From: an uncultured bacterium
GTDB taxonomy: Bacteria; Patescibacteriota; Patescibacteriia; UBA9570; XYC2-FULL-38-9
NCBI GenBank assembly: GCA_937996685.1
Contig: CALKUP010000002.1
Coordinates: 113,066 to 177,065 of the forward strand
DNA: 64,000 bases
Reading direction: 5' to 3'
The notes under the pieces: model-generated
What the model saw: the letters and a program-made list of their open reading frames with translations, nothing else
The model's database searches: none
Told to the model about the DNA's origin: nothing
Translations under genes and position numbers: made by a program
Part shown: piece by piece, positions 1 to 9,122 of the stretch
How the letters are laid out: each line of letters opens with the position of its first letter
How positions within the stretch are numbered: position 1 is the first letter of the stretch

Positions 1-1050
1 AATGATTCAAAGCCTGCGCTCAACCCGCCAGTGATTACAGAAGGTGGACCGAATGACAAGTGGTTCTTGCAGTACCTGTTTATGAATCCAGTGAATCTAA
101 AAGAAGCTTTTGCTGTTCGTGTCTTTTCAAATGCAGAAAATTTATCACCAGAAGAATGGTATCGAAAAAATGCACCAAGCCCAGGCTCTGCAAACACGCT
201 GACAATTGATGGATATCAAGCGATTCAAGACGGAAATTCATATTACGTGTCAGCAAGTAATGTGATTCCAGGGGCAAATGGTGGTGAGAAGCAGCTTTAT
301 AATAATATTTACCTCATTACTTTTAATGACGGTGTTGAAAAAGCCGAAGCTGTTGGCGCGTTGCGTTCTGAGATTTTGCAATATCTCCATTTTAATACAA
401 ATGTTGATATGGCACAGTGTACTGGTTCTGATAAAGCAAAGCTCACGCGTGACACAAAGCGGGTGAGTGATCTTGGTACTATTGCGTCTTTGGCAAACGA
501 CTACTACCAATCAAATCGTGCGTACCCGGCGCCAAAGAGCCAATCATTTGGTTCGTATATTGCAAACTTTACAACCAGTATGTGGAATTCATGGCAAGGA
601 GCGCTTGGAAATACACTTGGCAGCACGTTACCGACAGATCCCTTGAATCTCTTTTATGCGCGGTCAACGCCAGATCCGTATAATGCGACGGAAAATTCAT
701 GGGTATCAACAGCGGAAGACCCGGTGCGTGATTGTAAATATGATCCAAATACAGGAAAATATTTTGATGAGTCAGGTACGTGTTGGGATCCAGTGAATAG
801 CAAGTTCTTTTGTCCAGAGTATTCATCTGTCTATGCGTATAAAAAAACAGATGACCAAACGGTTTCTTTATACGCCCACTTAGAATACGGGCAGTTCTTT
901 GCTGGTGGTCAATCAGAAACATATATTGATCAGGCGAATGTGCAGCGGTCTGATAATGTATGTAGTGATTTAACCAATGCTGAATGTGCGTGTTTCAATT
1001 ATGGGATCACGTCCAGAAATCCGGGCAATCAATTTACGCCAATACAATAA
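1..1050 (+). CDS. C-terminal part of a large surface protein (5'-truncated by window): PsbP-like segment followed by a pilin-head-like domain
   Basis: Frame open from position 1 to TAA 1048-1050; motifs RDTKRVSDL...YYQSNRAYP, LPTDP, YAHLE; several Cys pairs. Confidence 0.7.
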   Translation, partial: NDSKPALNPPVITEGGPNDKWFLQYLFMNPVNLKEAFAVRVFSNAENLSPEEWYRKNAPSPGSANTLTIDGYQAIQDGNSYYVSASNVIPGANGGEKQLYNNIYLITFNDGVEKAEAVGALRSEILQYLHFNTNVDMAQCTGSDKAKLTRDTKRVSDLGTIASLANDYYQSNRAYPAPKSQSFGSYIANFTTSMWNSWQGALGNTLGSTLPTDPLNLFYARSTPDPYNATENSWVSTAEDPVRDCKYDPNTGKYFDESGTCWDPVNSKFFCPEYSSVYAYKKTDDQTVSLYAHLEYGQFFAGGQSETYIDQANVQRSDNVCSDLTNAECACFNYGITSRNPGNQFTPIQ

Positions 1051-1056
1051 TATTTT

Positions 1057-1878
1057 ATGAGCGACACAGACACAAAACAATCAACAGCCGATGAGGCAGA
1101 TAAAAAATCAGGACTCGAAAAAATCCTCCCTGATAGCATGCCAAGCGTTTCATCATTGCTTGGGGGAACGGAAATTCAACCAGAGTCTTCAATTCCGTCT
1201 GAGGTTGTTGTTCCTGTTGCCCCGCAAGCTTCCGCGATTCCAAAGCCGCCTGCAGATGCTCCTGTTGTTGGTGTGCTGCAACATCCAAAGCCACAGCCTG
1301 CGGTTCCTGTAGCGCTGCCAAGTCAGCCACAGCCAATGAAAAATCGTGAACAACCACCAATTTTTGGATCACGTATTGGAAAAATGGTGTCCATTATTTT
1401 GGGGCTTGGACTATTTATTGCAATGATTGGCTTGATTATATTTTTCTTGGTGTCTCCGAACAGTGCGTTGTTTAGTGCGTTTAAAAAAGAGGATACAGTT
1501 GTGACAACGAATACAAATACCGCGCCAACAAATAGTGCTGTTGTGAATACGAGCAATACAAATTCTGCGTCAACGAACACTGAGTCAGTTGTGCCAAATG
1601 ATGCGGATGGAGACGGGTTGCTTGATAATCAAGAAGCCGGCTACCAAACAAACCCGAAAAAAATTGATACTGATGGAGACGAATTGACTGATCGACAAGA
1701 AATTGAAATTTACAAAACATCACCGACAAAAAAAGATACTGACGGAGATGGTTTTTCAGATGGTTCAGAGGTGCGTAATTTTTATAATCCAAATGGTCCA
1801 GGAAATTTAATTAATGTACCAGAGGCGATTGATTCACTTTCGAATAGTGCTGTAAATGGTACGAACGTTGTAAAATAA
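1057..1878 (+). CDS. Single-pass membrane protein with bacterial TSP3-like Ca-binding repeats
   Basis: Pro-rich N-terminus, one TM helix, Asn/Thr linker, three D-x-DGD-x-(L/F)-x-D repeats. Confidence 0.8.
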   Translation: MSDTDTKQSTADEADKKSGLEKILPDSMPSVSSLLGGTEIQPESSIPSEVVVPVAPQASAIPKPPADAPVVGVLQHPKPQPAVPVALPSQPQPMKNREQPPIFGSRIGKMVSIILGLGLFIAMIGLIIFFLVSPNSALFSAFKKEDTVVTTNTNTAPTNSAVVNTSNTNSASTNTESVVPNDADGDGLLDNQEAGYQTNPKKIDTDGDELTDRQEIEIYKTSPTKKDTDGDGFSDGSEVRNFYNPNGPGNLINVPEAIDSLSNSAVNGTNVVK

Positions 1879-1881
1879 ATT

Positions 1882-3171
1882 ATGTTTGATTCCATTCGGT
1901 CTGAAAAATCGTCACCCACACAAACAGAAAGCCTAGCTGCTGTGCGTCCAGAAATTGGTGATCCTGACGCAAAAAAATCAGTCTATACATTACCAAAAGA
2001 ATTTTTGCCAACAAAGCGTTTGTTGCCGGCAAGTGGAGGTTCCTTTTTTGCTTCGTGGAAAGTCGTTGCGTTAATTGCTTCTATCGGGGTTATATTTATC
2101 GCGATTATCGGTATTTTGGTGTACTGGCTCACTCAGCAAAATAACACAACAACTCAAACACAGGCCTTTCCGTTGACGACAAATCAAGCGGCAACAACAA
2201 ATACCGTTTCTAATAGTAGTACGCAATTGAATTTGAATGTGAATCAAGGATTAAATAGCAATGTGAATGCTGGTTTGTTTCCCAATGATAACACAAATAC
2301 AAATACAACAACGAATACAAATAGCGTGGCAACAGGGGTGAAAGCATTTTCGGTGAAAACAACTGTGCCGCTGGCTGCTGACAAAGACAAGGATCAATTA
2401 ACCGATGCCGAGGAAGCGTTGTATGGAACAAAGGTTGGATTACCTGATTCAGATAGCGATGGATTTATTGATGGAACTGAAGTGTTAAAAGCATATTCGC
2501 CAATTGCTGCAAAAAAAACGTTGCGTGACAGCGGCTTGGTGTTGCCATATAACAATACTTCATTTGGTTGGTCTATGGACTATCCGTCGAAATGGGTTGC
2601 CGGTGCATCAGATGATGCAGGAAAATCTGTGTTATTTACATCGGATTCTGTACAAGGGGAGTACGTGCAAGTTGTGATGGTTGATAACCCGCAAGGTGCC
2701 ACAGCAAAAGACTGGTACATGAGTGTATTCACGGATACAAATCCAGCTTCATTGCAAGATGCGACCGTTGCGGGACTTTCTGGAATTGTCAGTGCTGATG
2801 GCTATACATACTATTTGGCGGATGCAAAAAATATTATTGGAATTTCATATAATTTCGGAACAAAGGACGCTGTCTCATTTAAGACAACATTTCAAATGAT
2901 GTTGAGTTCTTTTGCGTATAATCCGGCAGCAGCAACAGCAAGTACCGCGACAAATACATCGTCGACGTTTTTGCAGCCGACTGTACCAACGACAAATACG
3001 AATACGACGAATACCAATACAGCGTCAACAACAACGAACACTAATACGACAAAAACAAATACAAACACGAATACCACAAACAAAAATACGAACACCAACA
3101 CAACAACAAGTCGCACGGTCCCAACAAACACCAATACAACGAATGCCAATACCGTAAGAACAATCCAATAA
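1882..3171 (+). CDS. Single-pass membrane protein with TSP3-like repeats, PsbP-like domain and Thr/Asn-rich tail
   Basis: TM helix; DKDKDQLTD/DSDSDGFIDG; YNNTSFGWSMDYPSKW PsbP-like start; TN-rich C-terminus. Confidence 0.75.
   Translation: MFDSIRSEKSSPTQTESLAAVRPEIGDPDAKKSVYTLPKEFLPTKRLLPASGGSFFASWKVVALIASIGVIFIAIIGILVYWLTQQNNTTTQTQAFPLTTNQAATTNTVSNSSTQLNLNVNQGLNSNVNAGLFPNDNTNTNTTTNTNSVATGVKAFSVKTTVPLAADKDKDQLTDAEEALYGTKVGLPDSDSDGFIDGTEVLKAYSPIAAKKTLRDSGLVLPYNNTSFGWSMDYPSKWVAGASDDAGKSVLFTSDSVQGEYVQVVMVDNPQGATAKDWYMSVFTDTNPASLQDATVAGLSGIVSADGYTYYLADAKNIIGISYNFGTKDAVSFKTTFQMMLSSFAYNPAAATASTATNTSSTFLQPTVPTTNTNTTNTNTASTTTNTNTTKTNTNTNTTNKNTNTNTTTSRTVPTNTNTTNANTVRTIQ
2985..3155 (+). repeat. Coding low-complexity Thr/Asn tract (ACN/AAY codons)
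   Basis: TNTNTTNTNT... inside CDS 1882-3171; degenerate codons, no spacer structure. Confidence 0.8.
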
Positions 3172-3172
3172 C

Positions 3173-3607
3173 ATGTTTTCTATGTCCGTTGATATTTCCC
3201 GTGAGCAGGATATTCCTGAATTAACCGATGAGCTCGTTTTGCAGTTGTTTGCGGCGGCCCGTAAAACCGTTGAGGTGCCAGATGACTTTGAGTGGTCGAT
3301 TGCGCTGGTAGATGATGGAAGTATTGCGGCGCTCAATGAGCAGTATCGTGAGAAGGTTGGACCAACGGATGTGTTGTCATTTCGATACGACGATCTGCAT
3401 GGAGAAATTGTGATTTCAAAAGACCGGGTTTTTGAGCAAGCGACTGAGTACGGAAATACAGTCCTTGAGGAAAGTGCTTGGATGGTGGTTCATGGTATAC
3501 TTCATGTACTCGGCTGGGATCATGAACGATCACAAGAAGAACACGATGAGCAGCGACATTTAGAACAAACCATTTTATCACTATGCAACATTCAGTGCGC
3601 ACGTTAA
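3173..3607 (+). CDS. ybeY: rRNA maturation endoribonuclease YbeY
   Basis: LNEQYR..PTDVLSF and HGILHVLGWDH zinc motif. Confidence 0.95.
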   Translation: MFSMSVDISREQDIPELTDELVLQLFAAARKTVEVPDDFEWSIALVDDGSIAALNEQYREKVGPTDVLSFRYDDLHGEIVISKDRVFEQATEYGNTVLEESAWMVVHGILHVLGWDHERSQEEHDEQRHLEQTILSLCNIQCAR

Positions 3608-3963
3608 TCAATAGTTTTCGATTTGCCATTAAAGGCTTTCGATATGCTTTTGTTCATGAGCAAAATTTCCGTATTCAAACGCTTGCGGCTATTGTGGTTT
3701 TTGCGCTTGCGTTTTTCTTTCATGTCAAACCGTGGGAAGTAGTCGCGTTGACTGGTATGGTCGTTGCGGTTCTTGTGCTGGAAATTGCGAATACAGTGAT
3801 TGAAAAATTTGTTGATTTATTAAAACCGCGAATGGAGCATTATTCTGGGGTGGTGAAGGATTTAATGGCAACAGCTGTCTTGTTGACCTCACTAGGTGCG
3901 ATCATTGTGGGCTCAACGATCTTCATTCCGTATATTGTTCACATGATTTCAGAAATGTGGTAA
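3583..3963 (+). CDS. dgkA: Diacylglycerol/undecaprenol kinase family protein
   Basis: SFRFAIKG..EQNFRI, E-x-x-NT-x-IE-x-x-VD, KD motif; ybeY-dgkA synteny. Confidence 0.9.
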   Translation: MQHSVRTLINSFRFAIKGFRYAFVHEQNFRIQTLAAIVVFALAFFFHVKPWEVVALTGMVVAVLVLEIANTVIEKFVDLLKPRMEHYSGVVKDLMATAVLLTSLGAIIVGSTIFIPYIVHMISEMW

Positions 3964-3966
3964 AAT
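3958..3966 (+). promoter_or_regulatory. Extended -10 (TGG-TAAAAT), 8 nt before ftsA ATG
   Basis: Overlaps dgkA stop codon; ATG at 3975. Confidence 0.55.
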
Positions 3967-3974
3967 AATTGCAT

Positions 3975-5231
3975 ATGGCTCGAGAAGATATTATTACAGG
4001 ACTGGACATTGGATCAACCGCGATTCGTGTTGTTTGCAGTCAATTAAAAGAACAAACAGACGGGAGTGTTGCGCTGAGTATTATTGGCGCTGGTGAGGCT
4101 CCGGCTGAAGGGATCTCCAAAGGTGTGATTACGAGCATTGAAGATGCGGTTTCAAGCATTTCGGCTGCATTGGAAAAGTGTGAACGCATGACCGGTATCC
4201 CAATTGAAGAAGCGGTTGTGAGTATTAACGGGGCGCATGTTGTGGCTCAAGAAAGTCATGGCGTTGTCGCGGTCAGTAAACCAACTGGGGAAATTGAAGA
4301 AGATGATGTTGAGCGTGCAATGAATGCTGCACAAAGTGTTGCAACTCCACCAAACTACGAAATTTTACATGTGATTCCACGCGCTTTTTCTGTGGATGAT
4401 CAAGCAGGAATCAAAGATCCAATCGGTATGACCGGGATCAAGCTTGAGGTGGACACACAAATTATTTTAGGAATGACATCTCAAATTAAGAATGTCACGA
4501 AATCAGTCTATCGTACAGGCGTTGATATTTCTGACATGGTTGTTGAGGTGCTTGCTGCGAGTGAATCTGTGTTAACAAAACGACAAAAAGAACTTGGAGT
4601 TGTGTTGGTCAATATGGGTGGAGCAACGACAAGTATTATGGTATTTGAAGAAGGGGATGTCATCCATAGTAAAATTTTGCCAGTAGGATCTGGTCATATT
4701 ACAAACGATATCGCCATTGGATTGCGAACAACAGTTGATATTGCAGAAGAAGTGAAAAAACGATTCGGCACAGCGTTGCCAGAAACAGTGAATAAAAATG
4801 AAGAAATTGACCTCGCTGATATCGATCCACAAGAAGATGTAAAAGTATCAAAGAAAGAAGTGGCTGAAATTATTTCCGCTCGTTTAGAGGAGGTGTTTCA
4901 AATGATTCAAAAAGAACTTCGCACTATTGACCGTGATGCAAAATTGCCAGCAGGCATCGTCTTTACTGGTGGAGGAGCGTTGCTTCCTGGGCTCATTGAA
5001 ATGGCCAAAAATGACTTCCGAACCAGTGCGAGTATTGGTCTTCCAAAGCATGTTGTCTCTCCAATCGAAAAAGTGAATGACCCAACCTTTGCCACAGCTG
5101 TTGGTTTGGTTCTCTGGGCGCAGCATTTACAAGCGGTTCCTCAAGGAAAGCGTGGTGCTGTTGCGAATTTCAGCTCAGTTGCTGATGTAACTGGAAAAAT
5201 GGGGAAATGGTTTAAGTCGTTGATCCCATAG
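3975..5231 (+). CDS. ftsA: Cell division protein FtsA
   Basis: GLDIGS, MGGATT, G..HITNDIAIGL, TGGGA, FATAVGL, C-terminal amphipathic KWFKSL; start moved to ATG 3975. Confidence 0.97.
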   Translation: MAREDIITGLDIGSTAIRVVCSQLKEQTDGSVALSIIGAGEAPAEGISKGVITSIEDAVSSISAALEKCERMTGIPIEEAVVSINGAHVVAQESHGVVAVSKPTGEIEEDDVERAMNAAQSVATPPNYEILHVIPRAFSVDDQAGIKDPIGMTGIKLEVDTQIILGMTSQIKNVTKSVYRTGVDISDMVVEVLAASESVLTKRQKELGVVLVNMGGATTSIMVFEEGDVIHSKILPVGSGHITNDIAIGLRTTVDIAEEVKKRFGTALPETVNKNEEIDLADIDPQEDVKVSKKEVAEIISARLEEVFQMIQKELRTIDRDAKLPAGIVFTGGGALLPGLIEMAKNDFRTSASIGLPKHVVSPIEKVNDPTFATAVGLVLWAQHLQAVPQGKRGAVANFSSVADVTGKMGKWFKSLIP

Positions 5232-5258
5232 TGAACACATTATTTGTTCAGCATAGTC

Positions 5259-5292
5259 TTGCTTTTTGTTCAGAGTTCCTGTAGACTCTGAA
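5259..5292 (+). promoter_or_regulatory. ftsZ promoter TTGCTT-17-TAGACT overlapped by inverted repeat TTCAGAGT-N8-ACTCTGAA
   Basis: -35 at 5259-5264, -10 at 5282-5287, inverted repeat at 5269-5292. Confidence 0.5.
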
Positions 5293-5333
5293 TTGTTTTA
5301 ACCTCTTGTATAAAGTATAAAAAATTCAAACCT

Positions 5334-6524
5334 ATGGAAGTCAAACCCGAAGTAGAAACCTTTGCAAAAATTAAAGTCGTTGGTGTTGGCGGTTCTGGTG
5401 GCGCGGCGATTAACCGAATGATTGAAGCTGGCTTGAAAGGTGTTGAGTTTATCGCTGTGAATACAGACGCTCAAGCGTTGCAACATTCTCCTGCACAAAA
5501 GAAAATCCATATCGGAAAAACAACAACTCGTGGACTTGGTGCTGGAATGGATCCAGAGGTTGGTTATAAGGCAGCAGAAGAAAATCAAGAAGAATTAAAA
5601 GAAGCACTGAAAGGTGCTGACATGGTATTTATTACCTGTGGTCTCGGTGGTGGAACAGGTTCTGGCGCTGGACCATTTGTTGCGCAATGCGCAAAAGAAG
5701 CTGGTGCGTTAACTGTCGCTGTTGTGACGCGTCCGTTTGCATTTGAAGGTGCGCAGCGTTCACATGTTGCAGACAGTGCGTTGTCTGATCTTGCGGAAAG
5801 TGTAGATACAATCATCACAATTCCAAATGATCGTTTATTGCAAATTATTGATAAGAAAACATCTCTATTAGATGCGTTCGGTATTGTTGATGAAGTCTTG
5901 CGTCAAGGTGTTGCTGGTATTTCTGATTTAATCACTGTTCCTGGATTGATCAACGTCGACTTTGCCGATGTGAAATCAGTCATGTCTGAAGCGGGTAGTG
6001 CATTGATGGGTATCGGAAAAGCAGCTGGTGAGCACCGCGCAGTTGAAGCGGCGAAAGCGGCAATTGATAGCCCACTTCTTGAAATGTCTATTGAAGGTGC
6101 GCAAGGTATCTTGTTCACTATTATGGGTGGCAGCAACCTTGGTATGTTTGAGGTTAATGAAGCGGCGCGTATCATTACAGAAAATGCAGATCCAAATGCA
6201 CGAATTATTTTTGGTGCTGTGATCGACGAATCATTGAAAGATGAAATTCAAATCACTGTTGTTGCAACGGGTTTTGGCGGCAAAGCGCGTTCAGTGAAAC
6301 GCCGTGAAGCAAGTAATCCATTCCGCGATGTTGATTCATTAACCCCTGGAACATCACGCTACAGTGATGATAACGAAACTGCAGCAGCGCCAGCTGGAAT
6401 GTCAATGATGGATGATGTCACAACCGCGCCTCCAGCTCGCAGTATCATGGATGAAGTGAAAGTTGATAATTCACAAGATGACGATTTGGATATCCCTGCG
6501 TTCATTCGAAAAAAGATGATGTAG
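5334..6524 (+). CDS. ftsZ: Cell division protein FtsZ
   Basis: GGGTGSG tubulin motif, INVDFAD, C-terminal DIPAFIRK. Confidence 0.99.
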   Translation: MEVKPEVETFAKIKVVGVGGSGGAAINRMIEAGLKGVEFIAVNTDAQALQHSPAQKKIHIGKTTTRGLGAGMDPEVGYKAAEENQEELKEALKGADMVFITCGLGGGTGSGAGPFVAQCAKEAGALTVAVVTRPFAFEGAQRSHVADSALSDLAESVDTIITIPNDRLLQIIDKKTSLLDAFGIVDEVLRQGVAGISDLITVPGLINVDFADVKSVMSEAGSALMGIGKAAGEHRAVEAAKAAIDSPLLEMSIEGAQGILFTIMGGSNLGMFEVNEAARIITENADPNARIIFGAVIDESLKDEIQITVVATGFGGKARSVKRREASNPFRDVDSLTPGTSRYSDDNETAAAPAGMSMMDDVTTAPPARSIMDEVKVDNSQDDDLDIPAFIRKKMM

Positions 6525-6540
6525 TAATAGAAATGAAAAC

Positions 6541-6567
6541 AAGCCGCTGTAACCAGCGGTTTTTTTC
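6541..6567 (+). terminator. Rho-independent terminator after ftsZ
   Basis: AAGCCGCTG-TAAC-CAGCGGTTT followed by T-run. Confidence 0.8.
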
Positions 6568-6604
6568 TGTACGATATTTTGCTTTGTGGTATACTATTGT
6601 TTGT

Positions 6605-8683
6605 ATGTCTCGGAGGAAAAAAAATAAAAACATATTTCACTATTTACAGATGCAGCCAACGATTGGAGAGTTGCTCTTTTTTTGTTTCCTGGTTGCATTG
6701 ACGAGTGCCTTTACATTATTCGAATTGCTTGAGCACATTCATTTTTTTACATCCATTGATTTATATCGTTTATCGATCGCTGTCGATGTCATGATTACTA
6801 TTGGGGTGTCGTCTATTTCGTTTGCACGATTTTTCGCGAAAAAGAATGATACGGTGTTGTTTATTGGTTTTGCATTTGTGAGTCACGGCATTATTGATGC
6901 GTTGCGTTTGCTTGCGATTAGTGATTATGGAATTCATCATTTCCGTGTCTCGCAGTACGCTTTGGTCCATTGGTCATGGCTCGCGTCAGAAACTGTCTGG
7001 GTCTCGTTGCTTGCGATGAGTGCAGTTGTCTGGTTTTTGCAAAAAAAATATGGAGAGCAAGCGCATGTACGGTGGGGAGTGTTGTCATTGGTGGTTGCGT
7101 TGTTGACGTTGTCCGCGACAATTTTCTTTTTTACAACGCCGGTGACGATTGATTTCTATCAACCGCTCGGTCCATTTTTGCGTCCATGGGAACTGATTCC
7201 TGGGCTCATTTCTCTGATTGCGCTCGTTTTATTTTTTATAAAAGGTGATTGGGAACACGATGCGTTTGATTTTGGTTTACTTATTGCGTTGTTATGTACA
7301 TCGTTGGGACATTTCTTTTTTGGTTCGCAATCGACCGCGATATTTGATCAACATTTTTATGCGGCGCAATTATTGACGCAAACCGGAATGCTGATCGTAG
7401 CTGTTGGGTTGTTTTATAGTATGACAACACTCTTTCAAGATGTTGAGTCAAAAGAGCTTCAGTTGGTTTCCCGGGTACATGATTTGAAGCGTGAAAAAGC
7501 AATGGATGATACATTTATTGAAAGTATTGGAGATGCGATTATTGTAACGGATAGTGATACCCGAATTACACGGGTAAACAAAGCATTTGAAGAAACAATG
7601 GGTTGGACTAAAAAAGAGGCGATTGGTCAGCCGGTGACAAAGGTATTGCCGATGTTTGATTTGCATAATGCTGCGATTCCGTATGAAAAGCGCCCACAAG
7701 CAAAAGCGTTATTTGCTGGTGAGCGAATTGAAACATCAATGGAATATACGTACCAAAGAAAGGACGGTTCCTTATTTTCGGTTGCGTCTACGGTGACTCC
7801 GGTGATTGTTGACGGAGATATTATCGGTGCAATTGAAGTGTTTCGAGATGTGTCAAAAGAAAAGATGATCGATGAGCAAAAGAGCACATTCGTGTCTGTT
7901 GCGTCACATCAACTGCGAACCCCGCTCACGACACTGAATTGGTACACGGAAATGTTGCTGTCTGGAGATGCCGGAAAAATTAATAAAAAACAGAAAGAAT
8001 TTTTATTAGAAATTTACCAAGGGAGTAAGCGCCTTGTTGTGTTGGTGAATGATTTATTGAATATTTCGCGCATTGAATCGGGCAGGCTGAAAATTCAACC
8101 GGTTGAAACGAGTATTCATTCGTTGATTAAAGAAACAGTCGCAGAAATCCGCCCGTTATTACGCGGTCGCTCAACAAGCGTGACTGTCGATATTCCAGCG
8201 CTTCAATTTACTGATGTTTTGATCGACCCGCTGATTTTACGTCAGGTGATTCATAATTTACTAACGAATGCTATTCGATATTCTTCGAAAGATACAAAAA
8301 GCGTGATTACTATTTCGGTGCAAAAAAAGCGTTTTGCGCTCACACGCAATAAAGCAGCGGAACTCAGACCAGGGAGTTATATTGTTATTGCTGTGAAAGA
8401 TCAGGGTATTGGTATTCCAAAGAACCAGCAAGATCGTATTTTTGAAAAGTTTTTTCGAGCAGACAATGCGCTGCATGCCGCCGCAGATGGGAGTGGTTTA
8501 GGTTTGTATTTTATTAAAATGATTATGCAAGAATCAGGCGGAGCGTTATGGTTTACCTCAAAAGAAAATCAAGGAAGTACCTTTTTTGTCGCTATCCCTG
8601 TTACTGGCATGAAAGCAAAGGTTGGAGATAAAGAAATATCAACAGTGGCTTCAACAGAATTGCTTTCAAAGGAGAAAAAATAG
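6605..8683 (+). CDS. Membrane sensor histidine kinase (MASE3-like multi-TM input, PAS, HisKA, HATPase)
   Basis: Multiple TM helices; PAS/PAC (RKDGS..FRDVS); SHQLRTP; NLLTNAIRY; DQGIGI; GSGLGL. Start moved to ATG 6605, downstream of the terminator and TGG-TATACT (6587-6595). Confidence 0.92.
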   Translation: MSRRKKNKNIFHYLQMQPTIGELLFFCFLVALTSAFTLFELLEHIHFFTSIDLYRLSIAVDVMITIGVSSISFARFFAKKNDTVLFIGFAFVSHGIIDALRLLAISDYGIHHFRVSQYALVHWSWLASETVWVSLLAMSAVVWFLQKKYGEQAHVRWGVLSLVVALLTLSATIFFFTTPVTIDFYQPLGPFLRPWELIPGLISLIALVLFFIKGDWEHDAFDFGLLIALLCTSLGHFFFGSQSTAIFDQHFYAAQLLTQTGMLIVAVGLFYSMTTLFQDVESKELQLVSRVHDLKREKAMDDTFIESIGDAIIVTDSDTRITRVNKAFEETMGWTKKEAIGQPVTKVLPMFDLHNAAIPYEKRPQAKALFAGERIETSMEYTYQRKDGSLFSVASTVTPVIVDGDIIGAIEVFRDVSKEKMIDEQKSTFVSVASHQLRTPLTTLNWYTEMLLSGDAGKINKKQKEFLLEIYQGSKRLVVLVNDLLNISRIESGRLKIQPVETSIHSLIKETVAEIRPLLRGRSTSVTVDIPALQFTDVLIDPLILRQVIHNLLTNAIRYSSKDTKSVITISVQKKRFALTRNKAAELRPGSYIVIAVKDQGIGIPKNQQDRIFEKFFRADNALHAAADGSGLGLYFIKMIMQESGGALWFTSKENQGSTFFVAIPVTGMKAKVGDKEISTVASTELLSKEKK

Positions 8684-8739
8684 CCGCTGTGCCTATGCGC
8701 AAAGATATGGTACTCTATACGTAATTACAGATACATTTT

Positions 8740-9117
8740 ATGCCAGCATCCAAGCCCCACATTTTAATCGCAGAAGATGAAAAGCCAGTCGCAAAAGCTT
8801 TGTCTCTTAAATTAGAGCACGAAGGCTTTGCTGTGACCATTGTTGAAAACGGGGTTGATGCTCTCGCTGCCATTGAAAAAGATGATTTTTCATGCCTCGT
8901 CCTTGATTTGATGATGCCGGAAATGGATGGTTTTGAGGTATTGTCAGCCTTGCAGGAAAAACAGATCACAGGCGTGCCTATTTTGGTTGCGTCTAATCTC
9001 GCACAAGCTGAAGATATCGCTCGAGCAAAAGACCTTGGAGCTGATGATTATTATGTGAAATCCGATACGCCACTCACTGTTGTTGTTGAGCGTGTGCAAA
9101 AATTAGCTCGTACATAA
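8740..9117 (+). CDS. Stand-alone response regulator receiver protein
   Basis: ILIAEDE, LDLMMPEMDG, GADDYYVK; no output domain. Confidence 0.93.
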   Translation: MPASKPHILIAEDEKPVAKALSLKLEHEGFAVTIVENGVDALAAIEKDDFSCLVLDLMMPEMDGFEVLSALQEKQITGVPILVASNLAQAEDIARAKDLGADDYYVKSDTPLTVVVERVQKLART

Positions 9118-9122
9118 TATAT

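Noticed and set aside
2892-3336. Hydrophobic VFVLV antisense ORFs and an apparent repeat array
   Set aside because: Reverse reading of the Thr/Asn tract; no constant repeat with unique spacers, so neither CRISPR nor real genes
6533-6604. N-terminal extension of the histidine kinase in the ORF track
   Set aside because: Runs through the ftsZ terminator and the -10 box; ATG 6605 is better supported
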